Sequence record: DRR378314_1653
Length of the DNA stretch: 64,000 nt
Reading direction: 5' to 3' (one strand)
Under the pieces are notes generated by a model. The model did no database searches, was not told where the DNA came from, and saw only the letters and a program-made list of their open reading frames with translations. This document shows positions 61,441 to 64,000 of this stretch, piece after piece. A program made the translations under genes and the position numbers. Every line of letters starts with the position of its first letter. The first letter of the stretch is position 1.

Positions 61441-62241
61441 ATGAACATCACTGACCTGATTCCCTATATCGCACCCACGGTGGTGCTCCTGCTGATTCTT
61501 GGATCGGCCATCAAGATTCTGCCGGAATACGAGCGCGGCGTGGTTTTCTTTCTCGGGCGCTTCCAGGGTGTCAAAGGGCCGGGCCTGATCATCGTTATAC
61601 CCGGCATTCAGCAAATAACCCGCGTGGACCTGCGTGTCATCGCGTTGGATGTACCGAGCCAGGACGTTATCTCGAAGGACAACGTGACGGTGCGGGTTAA
61701 TGCCGTGCTGTATTTCCGGGTGGTCGATCCGGAGCGGGCCATCATACGTGTCGAGGATTTTGGCTCTGCTACCAGTCAACTGGCTCAGACCACGTTGCGT
61801 TCGGTACTGGGTAAACACGATCTGGATGAAATGCTGTCCGAACGGGACAAGCTGAATTCGGACATCCAGAGCATTATTGATGCTCAGACGGAAGAATGGG
61901 GTATCAAGGTGGCCAATGTTGAGATCAAGCACGTGGACCTCAACGAATCCATGATTCGCGCCATTGCCCGCCAGGCGGAGGCGGAACGTGAGCGGCGTGC
62001 GAAAGTGATTCATGCGGAAGGCGAGCTGCAGGCGTCGAAAAAGCTGGTAGAGGCGGCCGAAGTCATGTCTGCCAACTCCGGCGCCATGCAACTGCGCTAC
62101 ATGCAGACCCTGGCCGATATGAGCACCAACAACAGTTCCACGATCGTGTTTCCGTTGCCGATGGAGATGATGTCGGCGTTCATGAGTCAAAAACCGTCAC
62201 CGAAGCCGACGTCGCCAGAGAGCGATAACGATGAATCCTGA
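61441..62241 (+). CDS. Stomatin/SPFH (slipin) protein
   Basis: [19 protein letters not shown] and [11 protein letters not shown] motifs; AAGGAG RBS. Confidence 0.94.
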   Translation: MNITDLIPYIAPTVVLLLILGSAIKILPEYERGVVFFLGRFQGVKGPGLIIVIPGIQQITRVDLRVIALDVPSQDVISKDNVTVRVNAVLYFRVVDPERAIIRVEDFGSATSQLAQTTLRSVLGKHDLDEMLSERDKLNSDIQSIIDAQTEEWGIKVANVEIKHVDLNESMIRAIARQAEAERERRAKVIHAEGELQASKKLVEAAEVMSANSGAMQLRYMQTLADMSTNNSSTIVFPLPMEMMSAFMSQKPSPKPTSPESDNDES

Positions 62242-62264
62242 TGGCAGTCTTATCAGACGCCCAT

Positions 62265-62297
62265 AAAAAAAGGCCGGGAATAAACCCGGCCTTCTTC
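62265..62297. terminator. Bidirectional intrinsic terminator
   Basis: AAAAAAAGGCCGGG-AATAAA-CCCGGCCTTCTT between convergent genes. Confidence 0.8.
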
Positions 62298-62311
62298 GTT
62301 ACGTAACAGCC

Positions 62312-62593
62312 TTACTTCTGGCTGGCACGCTCGAGCATACGCTTGGCACGCTCGTTGGCTTCTTCGGCAGCACGCTGTGCGGCCTTGGCAGCAGCCAGAG
62401 CTTCGTCAGCAGTGCTCTGCGCAGAGCGAGCTGCGCTGGAAGCGCTGTTAGCAGTGTTCAGTGCGTTTTCCGCAGTCTGCTCAGCGGAAGAAGCGGTTGC
62501 ATTTGCTTCGTCGATGGCGCCCTGGTCAGTCGTTGCACAACCTGCGGTCAGTGCGGTGGCCAGTGCAAACCCTGCGATCGTCAGTTTACGCAT
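62312..62593 (-). CDS. Lpp/OprI-family alanine-zipper lipoprotein
   Basis: LTAGC lipobox; Ala-rich coiled coil; ends ANERAKRMLERASQK. Confidence 0.9.
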   Translation of the reverse strand: MRKLTIAGFALATALTAGCATTDQGAIDEANATASSAEQTAENALNTANSASSAARSAQSTADEALAAAKAAQRAAEEANERAKRMLERASQK

Positions 62594-62818
62594 TATCAAT
62601 CCCCTTATTGGTCGTTTTATTTCCTGCATTCCAGAAGTCGTTGGTGCAGACATTCTGTCAAAACGGGGTCGTTGGCGGTTGGCCAGCGACATCGTTAAAC
62701 AGTGTAAATCAGTCTAGACAGAAATGTTAACTAAGGATACGTAAAAGTTCCTAGCTTATGACAACAACTTAATATTGCAGAAAGGATTTACGCATTACGA
62801 GGAAAAGAGATCACTGCG

Positions 62819-63394
62819 TCAGGGGACGATTCTGATCGGGGTTCCGTCGGCTACCAGTTGCCAGATCTCATCCATTTCTTCATTACTGACCGCGATGCAG
62901 CCATCGGTCCAGTCCAGCCCGAGATAGGCGAAGGCCATGTCGCCAACACCGCTCGGCAGGCCATGGATCATAATGCTGCCGCCGGGGTCGAGTCCCCAGG
63001 CAGAGGCCAGTTCTCGATCCTGATCGTTGGGATAGGAGATGTGGATGGATTTATAGAAGTCGCTATTGGGGTTGCGCCAATCCAGGACGTACTCACCTTC
63101 CGGTGTACGCTCATCGCCCTCGTACAGTTTGTGGCCAGACGGGTTGTCACCCAGGCCGATCCGATAGCTGCGAACCACCTGGTCGCCGGACAACAGGTAG
63201 AGCCTCCGCTCTTCCTTGCGAACCAGAACCTCACTGATTTCCGGTGTTTCGTTCATGGCCCCCATTGGCAATTCCGATGCTGACAACGGGCTGACAGGTG
63301 TCAGCAACAGTGACAACACAAAGGCCAGGAAGCCGCTAACGGCGACTGAGGAATGGGCGGAGCCAGGCAGTAAAATAGGCATTCTCAAAAACAT
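62819..63394 (-). CDS. L,D-transpeptidase family protein (YkuD, YafK-like)
   Basis: EGDERTPEG, ISYPN, IMIHG and DWTDGCIAV motifs. Confidence 0.9.
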   Translation of the reverse strand: MFLRMPILLPGSAHSSVAVSGFLAFVLSLLLTPVSPLSASELPMGAMNETPEISEVLVRKEERRLYLLSGDQVVRSYRIGLGDNPSGHKLYEGDERTPEGEYVLDWRNPNSDFYKSIHISYPNDQDRELASAWGLDPGGSIMIHGLPSGVGDMAFAYLGLDWTDGCIAVSNEEMDEIWQLVADGTPIRIVP

Positions 63395-63482
63395 AGCGAG
63401 TCGATCATTAATCTTTGTACACTTTATAGCACAGGCATTTTGCGAATCGAACCAGGGTTTTGAGTGTTTTTGTTAAAGATTT

Positions 63483-64000
63483 TTATTGGTTGTCCATTTT
63501 CAGGCCAACTTTTGTCACTCGATCAGCCTCAGTCGCCCTTGCAACCAGCGTGACAGGGCCCAGCACCACTTTATCACCCACTACCGGATGTCCCTTGGTG
63601 CGACGAGCAAAGCACTCGGCCAGGGACAGCTCCGGCGGCAACTGATCAAACTCAATGCCGTAGACCTGCTCCACATCGCCCAGAAGGGCATCACCATTGA
63701 GCACGAAATCACCAAAAAATGCCCGCTCGGCAAGGTATTTGGGCGCATGGCGACCGCTGAGGGCCTTGCCCAGCTCGGAAAGCATCGCGGGCGTTGCAAA
63801 CATGGCCAACACATCACCGGCGGATACTTCCATGTCCGGGCTCGGCTGATAACAGGTGCGTTTGCGGAACACACCGGCAATGGCCGTGTTGTCTGGCAAC
63901 CGCAGTTGGCCCAAAGGCCTGGGTGACTCCCAGGCGTCGCCGCGCAGCGGAAACAGCATCAGTTCGTGATCCCCGGCCGCCGGAACATCCAGGGGCAGTC
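63483..64000 (-). CDS. cvrA: K+/H+ antiporter CvrA/NhaP2, C-terminal part (partial)
   Basis: TrkA-C-like segment, FFGDFVL and PVVGD...KVGLK; frame open to the window edge. Confidence 0.8.
   Translation of the reverse strand, partial: LPLDVPAAGDHELMLFPLRGDAWESPRPLGQLRLPDNTAIAGVFRKRTCYQPSPDMEVSAGDVLAMFATPAMLSELGKALSGRHAPKYLAERAFFGDFVLNGDALLGDVEQVYGIEFDQLPPELSLAECFARRTKGHPVVGDKVVLGPVTLVARATEADRVTKVGLKMDNQ

Overview
High-GC gammaproteobacterial chromosome segment; gene content and order suggest Marinobacter or a relative (inference, no search run). It is mostly core or metabolic DNA, and I saw no rRNA, tRNA, integrase, transposase or CRISPR array. In order it holds: the end of an aa3 cytochrome c oxidase and assembly cluster; hrpB; an ATP-grasp gene; an ornithine-type decarboxylase; a DUF2868/DUF3482-GTPase/solitary ectC/MFS run; a sigma-54 3-hydroxybutyrate (oligomer) catabolic locus with readable promoters and activator sites; a phospholipase D; an alkyl sulfatase with a partner barrel protein; monomeric IDH; signalling genes; queCE; a WYL regulator-ExeM nuclease pair; MarR/DHA2 efflux; a yybP-ykoY riboswitch with a UPF0016 exporter; and an L,D-transpeptidase/NfeD/stomatin/Lpp-OprI cluster. 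The most unusual non-coding signals are three. First, four copies of a long hairpin repeat with a near-invariant AACTCGCT(T/G)CGCTCAGAC loop and co-varying stems around hrpB. Second, a leader-peptide attenuator-like structure ahead of an unknown 89-aa gene. Third, an adjacent orphan terminator that suggests an sRNA.
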